In this document: positions 32,680 through 46,590 of the stretch, in pieces
How the letters are laid out: the number at the start of each line of letters is the position of its first letter
How positions within the stretch are numbered: position 1 is the stretch's first letter
Assembly: GCA_963787375.1 (NCBI GenBank)
Contig: CAWBCR010000022.1
Span: forward strand, 8,041-72,040
Reading direction: 5' to 3'
Origin: an uncultured Chloroflexia bacterium
Lineage (GTDB): Bacteria > Chloroflexota > Anaerolineae > Aggregatilineales > UBA3940
DNA: 64,000 nt
Program-made: the position numbers and the translations under genes
The notes under the pieces: generated by a model
What the model saw: the letters and a program-made list of their open reading frames with translations, nothing else
Database searches by the model: none
What the model was told of the DNA's origin: nothing

Positions 32680-33075
32680 CTATTCGCGCTCGTCACAGTA
32701 AGCTTTGTAAGCCGCCGCATCCATCAGGCTGTCCAGTTCGGACTTGTCGGCAATCTTGAACTTCACCAGCCAGCCCTTGCCAAAGGGGTCTTCGTTGATC
32801 GTCTCAGGTGCGTCATTGAGGTCGCCGTTAACGGCAGTCACTTCGCCGCCAACCGGCAAGTTGACGTCGCCCGCGGCCTTGACCGATTCGACCACGCCGA
32901 AAGCCTCGCCCTGCTTGAAGCTCGCGCCGACCTTGGGCAGTTCAACAAACACCAGGTCAGAAAGCTGGTCCTGCGCGTAATCGGTAATGCCAGCCGTCGC
33001 CGAGTCGCCCTCAACCTTGATCCATTCATCCGATTTGGTGAACTTGCAGTCTGCCGGGATTTTCCAATCGCCCAT
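32680..33075 (-). CDS. gcvH: Glycine cleavage system H protein
   Basis: GITDYAQDQL, lipoyl motif VVESVKAA, INEDPFGKGW. Confidence 0.95.
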   Translation of the reverse strand: MGDWKIPADCKFTKSDEWIKVEGDSATAGITDYAQDQLSDLVFVELPKVGASFKQGEAFGVVESVKAAGDVNLPVGGEVTAVNGDLNDAPETINEDPFGKGWLVKFKIADKSELDSLMDAAAYKAYCDERE

Positions 33076-33167
33076 CGTGAAGGTGCCTCTCTTTCATGCT
33101 AGAGTGAACACGCGCGCCTGCGTCTGGCGCGATCGAAAAGGAGCATGCAGCAATACCGTGCTGCACG

Positions 33168-33368
33168 CTCCCCTGTCGTGGACCTGAGAGATTCGCCGCC
33201 GATACCCGTTCAGTGGCTTGCCCCGTCGGTGCTGCGCGGTGTCCGCGCGGCTTTCCAGAGGAATGGTGATGTGGGGTCCCTGGTGCCTGAGAGTTTCGCC
33301 CGGCAGACGCACAGTTCGCCGGCTTGCCCCTTCGGCGCTCCCGGTACGGGAGACTCTCCCCCACGCTA
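33168..33368 (-). promoter_or_regulatory. Tandem glycine riboswitch
   Basis: Minus strand: GGAGAG...CGCCGAAGGGGCAA...AAACTCTCAGGCA then TCTGGAAAG...CACCGACGGGGCAA...AATCTCTCAGGT, upstream of gcvH. Confidence 0.93.
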
Positions 33369-33423
33369 CCGTTTGGTCTCTATTGACTGCCAACGACACG
33401 TTTTAGAGCCGCGTCATAGGACT

Positions 33424-33452
33424 ATTGTAGACAACGGCCCGCATGGTGTCAA
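33424..33452 (-). promoter_or_regulatory. sigma70 promoter for the gcv leader
   Basis: TTGACA, 17 nt, TACAAT on the minus strand. Confidence 0.8.
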
Positions 33453-33597
33453 TGACAAGTATCACACGCTGGACGGCCATAACGCGGGCGGAGGAACCTG
33501 TGCGCAGCTGAACCTGCACTTCCCAAATCACATCCAGATGTGCTATCCTGAAACCATAATTATCGAACCACAATTCATCATGTGAGGGTAGGATGAT

Positions 33598-34212
33598 ATG
33601 AGTTGCGAAGATAAGTTCATCAGCATGTGTACGAAGCTTCCATTTGAAGAGATCAGAGACGAGCGGGATGAGTTCAGTGTTCCTGAACTCAAGAGAATAG
33701 CCGAATTTCGCGATTCGGGGCAGATGCAAGAAGCGGTCGACTACGGCAAGACCCTGATGAAGATGTACCCTGACAACGACCTCATACCGTTCATGATCGC
33801 CTATATCTACTACCAACAGCAGTTTCCTGATGAGGCGCTGCAAGTCGCCGTCGACGCGATCCCACACTGCCCGCGGAAATACCGGCTTTACTCGGTCGCG
33901 GGGCTGGCCGAGTTTCGCCGCGAACGGCTGCCCGAAGCGCTGGTGTGGTGGTCGCGCGGCGCGATCGCGCAGTGTACTATCACCGATTTTCAGGAACACG
34001 ATCCGTTTCTGCATCTGGCCCATGCCGCCGAGCAGATCGGCGCTAGGCGCGAGGCACAGGCTCTGTTTGCCATGTCCGATGCGATAGAGCCCGACAACCC
34101 GCGCCTGTCGAATGACGAAATCGAGCGGCTGGCGCAGGTCAAGCGTAGTTGGGCGGCCAAGCCCTTCGGTGAGGTTGTCAAGAAGATCGACAAGGACTTC
34201 CTGCACGTCTGA
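33598..34212 (+). CDS. Hypothetical helical/TPR-like protein
   Basis: 204-aa ORF with typical codon usage and TPR-like helical pattern. Confidence 0.65.
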   Translation: MSCEDKFISMCTKLPFEEIRDERDEFSVPELKRIAEFRDSGQMQEAVDYGKTLMKMYPDNDLIPFMIAYIYYQQQFPDEALQVAVDAIPHCPRKYRLYSVAGLAEFRRERLPEALVWWSRGAIAQCTITDFQEHDPFLHLAHAAEQIGARREAQALFAMSDAIEPDNPRLSNDEIERLAQVKRSWAAKPFGEVVKKIDKDFLHV

Positions 34213-34288
34213 GCGGGAGCGGCGCGGCACCTGCCTGGCAAGATCATTCCACACCGTGCTGGCAGCCGCACAGTGCGCGGTGTTATAA

Positions 34289-35413
<1,125 letters not shown>

Positions 35414-35425
35414 AGAGGGGGAGTC

Positions 35426-36238
35426 TTGAGTATCGTACAGGCGATCATTCTAGGCATTGTGCAGGGCGCGACGGAGTTCATCCCGGTGTCCAGTTCGGGG
35501 CACCTGGTGCTGGTGCCGTGGCTGCTCGGCTGGCAGCCAGCAGGGTTGGCGTTTACCGTCGTGGTGCACGTGGGGACGGCTATCGGCGTGCTGCTGTTCT
35601 TCTGGCGCGAGTGGCTGGCAATGCTGAAGGGCATATTCGTGTGGCTGCGCAAACGCGAGGTAAACGCCGATCTGAAGCTGTTAGGGCTGTTGATCTTGGG
35701 CACGCTGCCCGCCGCGCTCATCGGGGTGTTCTTTCAATCGTTCGTGGAGAACCTGTTCAACGACCCAATCCTCGTCGCCGTGATGCTGATCACAACCGGG
35801 GCGATTCTGGTCGCGGGCGAGCGGCTGGGCAAGCCGGAGCGTCCCATGGGAGCGCTGACATGGGTCGACGGGTTGCTGATCGGCCTAGCGCAGATGATCG
35901 CCATCGTGCCGGGCATCAGCCGCTCCGGCTCGACGATCACTGCCGGGCTGCTGCGCAAGGTCCAGCGCGACGACGCTGCTCGATTCAGCTTCCTGCTGTC
36001 CACGCCGATCATCATCGGCAGCGGGGCAATTGAGGTGCTCGACCTCGCAAAGGCCGGGCTGGGCGCGGCGCAGGTCGAGGTGCTGGTGCTGGGCTTCCTG
36101 GCGGCGTTCATCACCGCCTTTTTCGTGATCCGCTGGCTGCTCACGTATCTGCGCAGCCACTCGACCAACATCTTCGCCGCGTACTGCGCTGTCGCAGGGC
36201 TTCTGTGCGTTGTCATCGCACTGATCGGTATCCGCTAA
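35426..36238 (+). CDS. uppP: Undecaprenyl-diphosphate phosphatase
   Basis: QGATEFIPVSSSGH, PGISRSGST, AARFSFLLS. Confidence 0.95.
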   Translation: MSIVQAIILGIVQGATEFIPVSSSGHLVLVPWLLGWQPAGLAFTVVVHVGTAIGVLLFFWREWLAMLKGIFVWLRKREVNADLKLLGLLILGTLPAALIGVFFQSFVENLFNDPILVAVMLITTGAILVAGERLGKPERPMGALTWVDGLLIGLAQMIAIVPGISRSGSTITAGLLRKVQRDDAARFSFLLSTPIIIGSGAIEVLDLAKAGLGAAQVEVLVLGFLAAFITAFFVIRWLLTYLRSHSTNIFAAYCAVAGLLCVVIALIGIR

Positions 36239-36245
36239 GCGCGCC

Positions 36246-37055
36246 ATGTGGCTACGCCGCCTCTGGATCGCACCGGCTGTCGCTGGCTGGCTGCTGCTGA
36301 GCGCATGCAGCGGTGAACCACGTGCGGTGGAGGCCGTCAGGCCGACGCTGCGTATTGCCACAGACGAGGCGTCTGCTCCGCTGGTCGAGAGTCTGCTGAA
36401 CACCTACGAGGCGCGCAACCCGCAGGCGCTGCTGGCGCTCAGCCCCGGCAGCCGCGACACCGTCCTGTTGCAGGTCGCCGCCGGGCAGGTCGATGCGGCG
36501 CTGGTGCTGCATCCACCCGACCGCTCCGATCTGTTTGCGACACCGGTCGGGCGTGAGGTGATCGCGCTGATCGCCAACCACGATGTACCCATCGGCAGTC
36601 TCTACCGCCGCGACGTGCGGGCTGTCTTCTCCGGGCAGGTCTTGGCCTGGGATGCACCCGTTGGTGCCGACACGCCGATCGCGGTTGTGACCCGCGAGCA
36701 GGGCGACTCGACCCGACTGGCGCTTAAATCACTGGTGCTGGAAGGGCAGCCTATCACCCCCTCGGCACGCCTTGCCGCCAGCAATGCGGAGATGCTGTCG
36801 CTGGTCGCGACGATACCGGGCGCTGTGGGCTACGTGCCGTCGAGCTTCCTCGATGACAGCGTGGTCGCATTAGACTACGAGGGCGCCCCCCCTACCCTGG
36901 AGGCCGCCGCGGGCAATACCTATCCATTGACCGACACCGTGCAGTTTGTGGCTATCGCAGAGCCGGTGGGCTCTCTGCACGCTTTTCTGGACTGGATTCT
37001 CAGCGACGAAGGTCAGGCGGTCGTGAAGCGGCACATGCTCGGCATTCGGCAGTAG
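36246..37055 (+). CDS. PstS-like periplasmic-binding-protein superfamily lipoprotein
   Basis: Lipobox LSAC; VFSGQVLAW, VVTREQGDSTR, PGAVGY, YPL, FLDWILSDEGQ. Confidence 0.75.
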   Translation: MWLRRLWIAPAVAGWLLLSACSGEPRAVEAVRPTLRIATDEASAPLVESLLNTYEARNPQALLALSPGSRDTVLLQVAAGQVDAALVLHPPDRSDLFATPVGREVIALIANHDVPIGSLYRRDVRAVFSGQVLAWDAPVGADTPIAVVTREQGDSTRLALKSLVLEGQPITPSARLAASNAEMLSLVATIPGAVGYVPSSFLDDSVVALDYEGAPPTLEAAAGNTYPLTDTVQFVAIAEPVGSLHAFLDWILSDEGQAVVKRHMLGIRQ

Positions 37056-37061
37056 CTGGCT

Positions 37062-37694
37062 CTAGCTGCCGACCCAAGGGTTAAGCCGACGCTCCTCGCC
37101 AATAGTGGTAGTGGGGCCGTGACCGGGATAGACGACCACATCGTCGGGCAGCCTGAACAGCACATTTCGGATCGAGTTGAGAAGCTGCTGCGGATCGCTG
37201 CCGGGAAGATCGGCGCGGCCAATTCCGCGCCGGAACAGCACATCGCCGTCAAACAGCGCCTTGTGGGCGGCCTCGTACAGCGAAATGTGACCCGGTGTGT
37301 GGCCGGGCGTGTACAACACCTCGAAGCTCAATGCGCCAATTTCCAGCATATGACCAGGAATCAGCAGGCGATCTGGCTCGGGGCTCGGCTGGATGGGGAT
37401 ATTCCACAGGTCAGCCCCACCCCGCTCGCGCAGCAGTGGCAGATCGGCGGGATGGATGGCGAAATCCGCGCCTGTCTCCTTCATCAGCGCGGCGTTGCCG
37501 CCAATGTGGTCAAAATGGGCATGGGTATTGATCACATACCGCACATGCGCCTTGTGGGCAGCGATCGCCTCGCTGATGACGGGGTCATTCCAGCCGGGAT
37601 CGATCACCGCCGCATCGTGAGTCTGGATGCAGACGACAAGATAGCAGTTCGTTTGCAGCGGCCCAACTGGCAGCGTCACGACATCCATCGGCAC
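37062..37694 (-). CDS. MBL-fold metallo-hydrolase (glyoxalase II-like)
   Basis: THAHFDH, TPGHTPG, GD, YPGHG. Confidence 0.92.
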   Translation of the reverse strand: MPMDVVTLPVGPLQTNCYLVVCIQTHDAAVIDPGWNDPVISEAIAAHKAHVRYVINTHAHFDHIGGNAALMKETGADFAIHPADLPLLRERGGADLWNIPIQPSPEPDRLLIPGHMLEIGALSFEVLYTPGHTPGHISLYEAAHKALFDGDVLFRRGIGRADLPGSDPQQLLNSIRNVLFRLPDDVVVYPGHGPTTTIGEERRLNPWVGS

Positions 37695-37711
37695 CCTCTT
37701 TGCGCGGTCGA

Positions 37712-38596
37712 TCAGTCAGGTGTCACACCGTTGAACAGGTCCCTCTCGCGAACCCTTGACCCATTCACTTCCGGGTAGGCGCGCATGAACGTGTCGGTAT
37801 AGGCGGCGGTAAACGCGCGCCGCATCCGCTGCCAGAAGCCTCGGTTGCCGGGCGGGGTCCACATTTGGCTTGCATGGCAGGCGCGCGCCCGCTCCGCCTG
37901 GTCGGCATACGCGCGCGTGTCGATCCGCGCGTGGATCGGGTAGCTGTGTGCAGCCACCTCGCGGAAATCCATGTCCTTATTGCGCCCCATGTGCGCCGGG
38001 TCCTGCCCGAACAGTGGCATCAATGCCACAGCAACCTTGGCCCCGGTGCGCGGGAACGTGGAGTAGTAAAGCTTCTGTGGACTGTAAGGCCCAAGCCCAC
38101 CTTCGACTTGCTGCGGGTACTGCTGGGGATCGGACGCGGCATGGAACGCACGCGTGGTGGCCCCATACATGGCAATGTGATCTGGATGGCCATAACCACC
38201 ATAAGGATCGTGGGTGACGACTACCTGCGGGCGCACCTCGCGGATGATCTCAGTGATGCGGCAGGTGACCTCGTCGGGATCGGCAGCAGCCAGCGCACTG
38301 GGATGCTTATTCTCCGGCGAGCCGGCCATGCCCGAATCGCGGTAGCCCAGCGTGTATACGTGCGAGAGGCCCAGCGCCTCTGCCGCGCAGCACAGCTCGG
38401 CCATCCGCACCTGGGCCGTCGTCTGCCACTGCCCGACAAACTCCTCGTCGACGGTGCCAAGGTCGCCGTCGGTAGCGCAGATTAGGTAGACTTGAACCCC
38501 CTCGTTGACGTAGCGCGTAATCGTGCCCGCCATACCGAACGATTCGTCGTCCGGGTGGGCCAATGCCACTAACATTCGTTTCGTCGGTTCGCCCAT
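37712..38596 (-). CDS. PIG-L family deacetylase (MshB/Mca-like)
   Basis: AHPDDE, YRDSGM, GGYGHPDH, HASQ. Confidence 0.9.
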   Translation of the reverse strand: MGEPTKRMLVALAHPDDESFGMAGTITRYVNEGVQVYLICATDGDLGTVDEEFVGQWQTTAQVRMAELCCAAEALGLSHVYTLGYRDSGMAGSPENKHPSALAAADPDEVTCRITEIIREVRPQVVVTHDPYGGYGHPDHIAMYGATTRAFHAASDPQQYPQQVEGGLGPYSPQKLYYSTFPRTGAKVAVALMPLFGQDPAHMGRNKDMDFREVAAHSYPIHARIDTRAYADQAERARACHASQMWTPPGNRGFWQRMRRAFTAAYTDTFMRAYPEVNGSRVRERDLFNGVTPD

Positions 38597-41571
38597 TATC
38601 CAACCTCGTCAGTTTCAGATTGCGCCTGCTCGCGCAGGTAGGCTTCAAGGAACGGGTCAAGCTCACCGGCAAGCGTCGCTTTGAGCTTTCCCATCTTAAG
38701 CCCGGTGCGCGGATCATGCACGTAGCGCTTTTTGTAGCGCACGTAGGAGCGCACCACCTGTCCCCACACCGAGTCAGCCGGGTGGTCCAGCGAATGGTCG
38801 CCGAGCGCCACCTGCGTGCGGAGCAACTGGACCGCCTCGCGTTCCAGGTCGTCGACCGGCAGCGTGCCGGTGAGCGCCAGCGGCTCGCCGCCCGGCAGCG
38901 TCGCTTCTACGTGGGCCGTCAGCCGCTTGCTGAAAACGCCCGATCGGTTGGCCGGCTGGGCCTTGATCCGCAGCCGGCTGCGATCCACGACAGGCAGATC
39001 CGCGTCGGAAAGGTCTGGCCACACGGAGACAATTGCCTGCACCACCTGCCGCTGCCCGTCGCCGCCCTCTGCTGCCTGCACCAACCGATGGATACCGGTC
39101 TCGCCGCGCAACAGGCCATACGCACCGTAGCCCTCGATGCCAATCCAGGCGCCGCGCGTGCCACCTGAGTTGGACAGATCCTCTGACAGCACATCGGCCA
39201 GAAATTCTCGCCGCGCAGCCCAGCCCAGATACATGCGGGCCAGGTCCGCCGCCCACTGCGCAGCGACGGGCCGCCGCCCGCGTGCCTCGACGTGCAAGTA
39301 CACCCCAAAGGTATCCCACGGCCCCTTGAAGTGCAAGGTTAGCTCGGCGCGAGGCAGTTCGCGAACCAGGTAGCGGTAGCGCAGCGCAGCCTCGCCGATC
39401 TGGTCCGCGCTGTGACCCTGCTCAAGTTCCGCCAGGATATCGGCCAGCTCGTTCAGGTTGCGCCGCAGCCCGTCGACCATCTCGACCTGCCCGCTGAGGC
39501 GACTAAGCGTCTCCAGCTTGGGCTGGATTGACGCCGGATCGTCCCAGAAAGATGGCGTCGACATAGACTGCATCAGATCGCCAAGCCGGGAACGCGCATC
39601 GGCGACTTCGTGCGCCGCTTCGAGCGCCGCAACCCGCTCGGCCAGAAGCGGCATGCCAGCCTGCATATAGTTTAGCGTGAGGCGCTTGGGCAGATCACGT
39701 CCGCCCCCGGGCACAGCCGCCTCCGGTGCGACCTTTCTCACGGCGTGAGCGGTCGTGGGCAGCACCAGCGCCGATGCGACGCGCTCATTGCGCATGAACA
39801 GACGCAGCAGTGCTCCCTGCGGCGGGTCGTTACGGATAAGCTGCTGCGCCAATGGGTAGGTGATCGTTTTCTCGATCTGGCGCGCCAGGTAGCGCGCGCC
39901 GTACCGCTCGCTGTAGCCGTGCTCGACCACCCACTCAATCACATCCTCGTCGACCTCAACTTCGACGCCGCGCCGGGCCAGGCCCTCGCGCTCCAGAATC
40001 TCCTGCACGCGGCGGTAGGCGATCTCCCGCAGGACGGGCTTAGTCAGCGGTTTGAAGAACAGCACATTGTCGACCCGGTTGATGAACTCCGGGGTGAAAA
40101 ATGAAACCATCTCCTCGCGGATCAGGTTCTCCTGCTCCTCGATGGTCACCGAAGGGCCAAAGCCAAGCCGGCCCGACGACAGCACCTGAGCGCCGAAGTT
40201 GCTGGTCAGGATCACGATGGAGTTACGCAGGTTGACGGCCTCCGACGCGCCATTGATCAGGATACCCTCATCAAAGAGCTGGAGGAAGCGCTGGAAGACC
40301 TCAGGGTGGGCCTTCTCGAACTCGTCGAGCAGCAGCACGGCGAAGGCGTGATCCTGCATCCGCAGCGTGAACTGCCCGCGCCGCGATTCCATGTCAAAGC
40401 CATGTGGATTTCCAAACAGCGTCTGAACGTGCCAATCCTGCGAGTAGTCGGCCATGTTGAAGCGCACGATGTGCTCGTCGCTGCCGAACAGGAACTGCGC
40501 CAGCGCGCGGGCCAGCTCAGTCTTGCCGACCCCCGTCGGGCCAATGAACAGGAACACGCCCATCGGGCGCTGCGGGTTGTTGAGCCGGGTACGCAGCAGG
40601 CTGAGGGCCTGCACCACTACCTCGACAGCCTGATCCTGCCCCAGTACCCGGTCGCCAAAGTAGCGATGGACGATCTGCTCATCGTACGGTTCGTCGTCGG
40701 TGAGCAGCATGCGCGGCAGGCCGGTCTTCTCGCCAAAGCGCGAGACGATGTCCTCCTTCGTCACGCGTGACGGGCGTTCAGAGCCTTCAGAGTGCAGCGC
40801 GAACCCCTCGCCGACCAGATCGATGGCCTTGCCGGGCAGGGCCTCTGACAGCGCAAAGCGGCGCGTCAGGTCTAATGCCACCTCGACTGCCTCGTCATCG
40901 ATGTGGATGCCCTGGCTGGTTTCCAGGTCTTCGGAGGCATGGTGGACGATCCCCCGCGCAACATCCAGGGGGGGCTCTGGAATGCGGATCTCCAGCAGGA
41001 CGTGTTTGTACTCCGGGTATGCCTCAAGGAACACCTGCACCGCTTGGGATCGACCTTCAGCCAGGATGCGGTTACTGGAGCTTTGGAGCTGGCCCAGCAG
41101 GAATTGGGCCATGTCGAAGGGGTCCTCGGCGGTTGCACCGGCAGCCAGCGTCGTCGGCAGTGCGTCGACGACGAGCAGCACCTCGGGGCGCTCGGCCCAG
41201 CGCATCATCAATTGACCCAGCCGATCCTGCCAATCTTGCACGCCAAATGCCCGCAGGATGCTGCGCGCGCTGAGCGCCCACAACTCGCTGCCTTTGAGAC
41301 CATCCGGGCAGCGGCCTGCCGCGATGCGGCCCGCCACTTCCTGGATGACAACCGTCTTCCCGACACGCGGACCGCCCGTCACCAGGATGCGTCCCTTGAG
41401 CGGTGAGGCCAGCGAAGTCAGAATCTGGTCGATCTCCTGCTCGCGATCGTAGGCGGCGGGCAAGTCGCCCTGAGCGGCTTTCTCCGTCAGGTTGGTCGCA
41501 CAGCGGCTGAGAAGATCTTCCAGCGAAAGCTCGTCGTATTCGTCCAATCCGCGATACGAAGACGGCAGCAT
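38596..41571 (-). CDS. ClpA-like double AAA+ ATPase fused to a C-terminal degenerate RF2-like domain
   Basis: NBD1 GGPRVGKT, LPGKAID; NBD2 GQDQAV, GPTGVGKTE, LLDEFEKAH, TSN, PEFINR, YGAR; RF2-like FWDDP, RMYLGWA, AYGLLRGETGIHRLV, WGQVVRSY, DPRTG, GELDPF. Confidence 0.9.
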   Translation of the reverse strand: MLPSSYRGLDEYDELSLEDLLSRCATNLTEKAAQGDLPAAYDREQEIDQILTSLASPLKGRILVTGGPRVGKTVVIQEVAGRIAAGRCPDGLKGSELWALSARSILRAFGVQDWQDRLGQLMMRWAERPEVLLVVDALPTTLAAGATAEDPFDMAQFLLGQLQSSSNRILAEGRSQAVQVFLEAYPEYKHVLLEIRIPEPPLDVARGIVHHASEDLETSQGIHIDDEAVEVALDLTRRFALSEALPGKAIDLVGEGFALHSEGSERPSRVTKEDIVSRFGEKTGLPRMLLTDDEPYDEQIVHRYFGDRVLGQDQAVEVVVQALSLLRTRLNNPQRPMGVFLFIGPTGVGKTELARALAQFLFGSDEHIVRFNMADYSQDWHVQTLFGNPHGFDMESRRGQFTLRMQDHAFAVLLLDEFEKAHPEVFQRFLQLFDEGILINGASEAVNLRNSIVILTSNFGAQVLSSGRLGFGPSVTIEEQENLIREEMVSFFTPEFINRVDNVLFFKPLTKPVLREIAYRRVQEILEREGLARRGVEVEVDEDVIEWVVEHGYSERYGARYLARQIEKTITYPLAQQLIRNDPPQGALLRLFMRNERVASALVLPTTAHAVRKVAPEAAVPGGGRDLPKRLTLNYMQAGMPLLAERVAALEAAHEVADARSRLGDLMQSMSTPSFWDDPASIQPKLETLSRLSGQVEMVDGLRRNLNELADILAELEQGHSADQIGEAALRYRYLVRELPRAELTLHFKGPWDTFGVYLHVEARGRRPVAAQWAADLARMYLGWAARREFLADVLSEDLSNSGGTRGAWIGIEGYGAYGLLRGETGIHRLVQAAEGGDGQRQVVQAIVSVWPDLSDADLPVVDRSRLRIKAQPANRSGVFSKRLTAHVEATLPGGEPLALTGTLPVDDLEREAVQLLRTQVALGDHSLDHPADSVWGQVVRSYVRYKKRYVHDPRTGLKMGKLKATLAGELDPFLEAYLREQAQSETDEVG

Positions 41572-41610
41572 CAGCGCGCTCCTGAAGGTCTGAGAGTGCG
41601 ACTAGGCGCG

Positions 41611-44523
<2,913 letters not shown>

Positions 44524-44611
44524 ACCCGTACCCTGCTCCACAAGATGACTGCGGACGCGCCCCGCAGCGCGCGCCATCCAAGCAACACGACCATATGAAC
44601 CGGCGACTATT

Positions 44612-44627
44612 CGAACGTTTATTCTAC
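44612..44627 (-). promoter_or_regulatory. Putative LexA (SOS) box overlapping a TAGAAT -10 element of uvrA
   Basis: Minus strand AGAAT-AAAC-GTTCG: one mismatch to GAAC-N4-GTTC, the LexA motif of Firmicutes/Actinobacteria/Chloroflexi. Confidence 0.6.
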
Positions 44628-44842
44628 CTCGCCGCCACACGCGGCACAACCTGCACAGCACCAAAAAACCTTAAAGAATAGCGGAAAGGCCCACAGATCA
44701 TAGCGTCGCCCAGACGCGCCCTCCACCTTGCGAGGGCGAAACGAGGGCGAATCGGCATTGTCGCACGCGGTGGGTGATGATAGAGTCTTGGGGAACCATT
44801 TCGCATCACTTGATCCACCCTATACCAGCGAAAGACGACCTC

Positions 44843-46586
44843 ATGTCCATCAGTACCGCGCAGACCGCAATCCCATCACCCGGCAAGCCCAAGCTGGACC
44901 GGCGGCGCTATCGCCGCGTCGTGTTCTTCTTCGGCAGGATGTTTGCGAACATCCTGTGGTGGGAGGTTGCTGTGCGGCACGTTCTGGGCAAGCGCGCCGC
45001 CGAGAAGGGGCGAAAAGCGCGCATCCAGGGTTACGCCCGCCAATTTCGCGACCTCGCCGTGGCGATGGGCGGCGTGATGATCAAGCTGGGCCAGTTTGTC
45101 AGCACGCGAGTCGATGTGATGCCGCCTGAGATCACCGATGTTCTGGCCGACCTGCAGGATGAGGTGCCGCCCGCCCCGCTGGACGAGATGTTGATCGTCA
45201 TCAAAGAGGAGCTAAACGCCGCGCCCGACGACCTGTTCGCCGAGTTCCACACCGAAGTGCAGGCGGCAGCGTCGCTGGGACAGGTATATCGGGCAACGCT
45301 CAAGACCGGCGAACGCGTGGCGGTGAAGGTGCAGCGACCGGGCATCGAGCGCGTGGTAGCAACGGACCTCGAAGCATTGAAGGTGGTGTCGCGCTGGGCG
45401 ATGCTGTGGCCGGTGATCAATCGGCGGGCGGACGTGCCGGCGCTGATGGCCGAGTTCGCCAGGACGCTGTGGGAAGAGCTGGATTACGAGGCAGAGGCCC
45501 GCAACGCGCAACGCTTCATGGAAATGTTCGCTGAAGACCGACGTGTGTACATACCCATTATCTACCCCGAGTTTTCGCGCCGGCGCGTGCTGACGCTCGA
45601 AGACGTCACCAGCATCAAGATCAACGACAAGGATGCCATCGACGCGGCAGGCGTCGACAGCGCGACAGCGGCGCGCTGGCTGCTTGACGTGTACCTGCGC
45701 ATGATCTTCGAAGAGGGTTTCTATCACGCCGACCCGCATCCTGGCAACCTGTTCATCTACCCGCTGCCAGAGCAGCCCCCGTCAGACGATTCTACTGCCA
45801 CCCCCTACCCCGGAGACCGGTAGGCCGTTCTATGTCATCTTCGTCGATTTTGGCATGGTTGGCACAGTGACGCCGCAGGTGAAGGCCGGGCTGCGCGAGG
45901 CGCTAATCGCCGTGGCCACGCGCGACTCGTCACGCGTGCTCAAAGCGTACCAGATGCTGGGCGTGCTGCTGCCCTCAGCCGATATGAAACGCATCGAAGA
46001 AGCGGAAACCGAGGCGCTCAACATCATCTGGGGCAAGAGCGTGCCGGAGATGGCGCAGATGCCGCGCGAAGAGATGCATAACATTGCGATGAAATATCGC
46101 GACCTGCTGTACGAGATGCCCTTCCAGGTGCCGCAGAACTTCATCTACCTGGTGCGGGCAATTGGCATCCTGTCGGGAATCTGCACCATGCTCGACCCGG
46201 ACTTCAATCCTTGGGAGCAGGTTGCGAAGTATGCCAGTAACATCGTATCCGGAGAGACCGGCGACATTCTCAAGACGATCCTGAACGAAGCAGTCTCCCT
46301 GGGCCAGGTGGCCATCGCGCTGCCCGGCCAGCTTCAGGACGTGTTAGGACGCGTGCAGCGCGGCGATGCGCTGGTGCAGATCGACCCCGGCCCGGGCCTC
46401 CAGCTTGACCTGCGACGGCTGGAGTCGTCCATCAATGGGCTGACGCGCGCGCTGGTGTTTACTAGCCTGCTGGTCGTTTCGACGCTGCTGCTGATCAATG
46501 GGCGCGAGCTGCCAGGCGAAATCGGCCTGGGCATCTCGGCGCTGGCGTGGATCGCGCTGCTGTTCAGGCCGCGCCCCCGGCGCTGA
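44843..46586 (+). CDS. ABC1/UbiB atypical kinase family protein (frameshift ~45800-45820)
   Basis: IKLGQ, LQD, AAASLGQV, VAVKVQRP, ELDY, HADPHPGN, then VDFGM in the shifted frame; C-terminal TMs. Confidence 0.88.
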
Positions 46587-46590
46587 CCTG

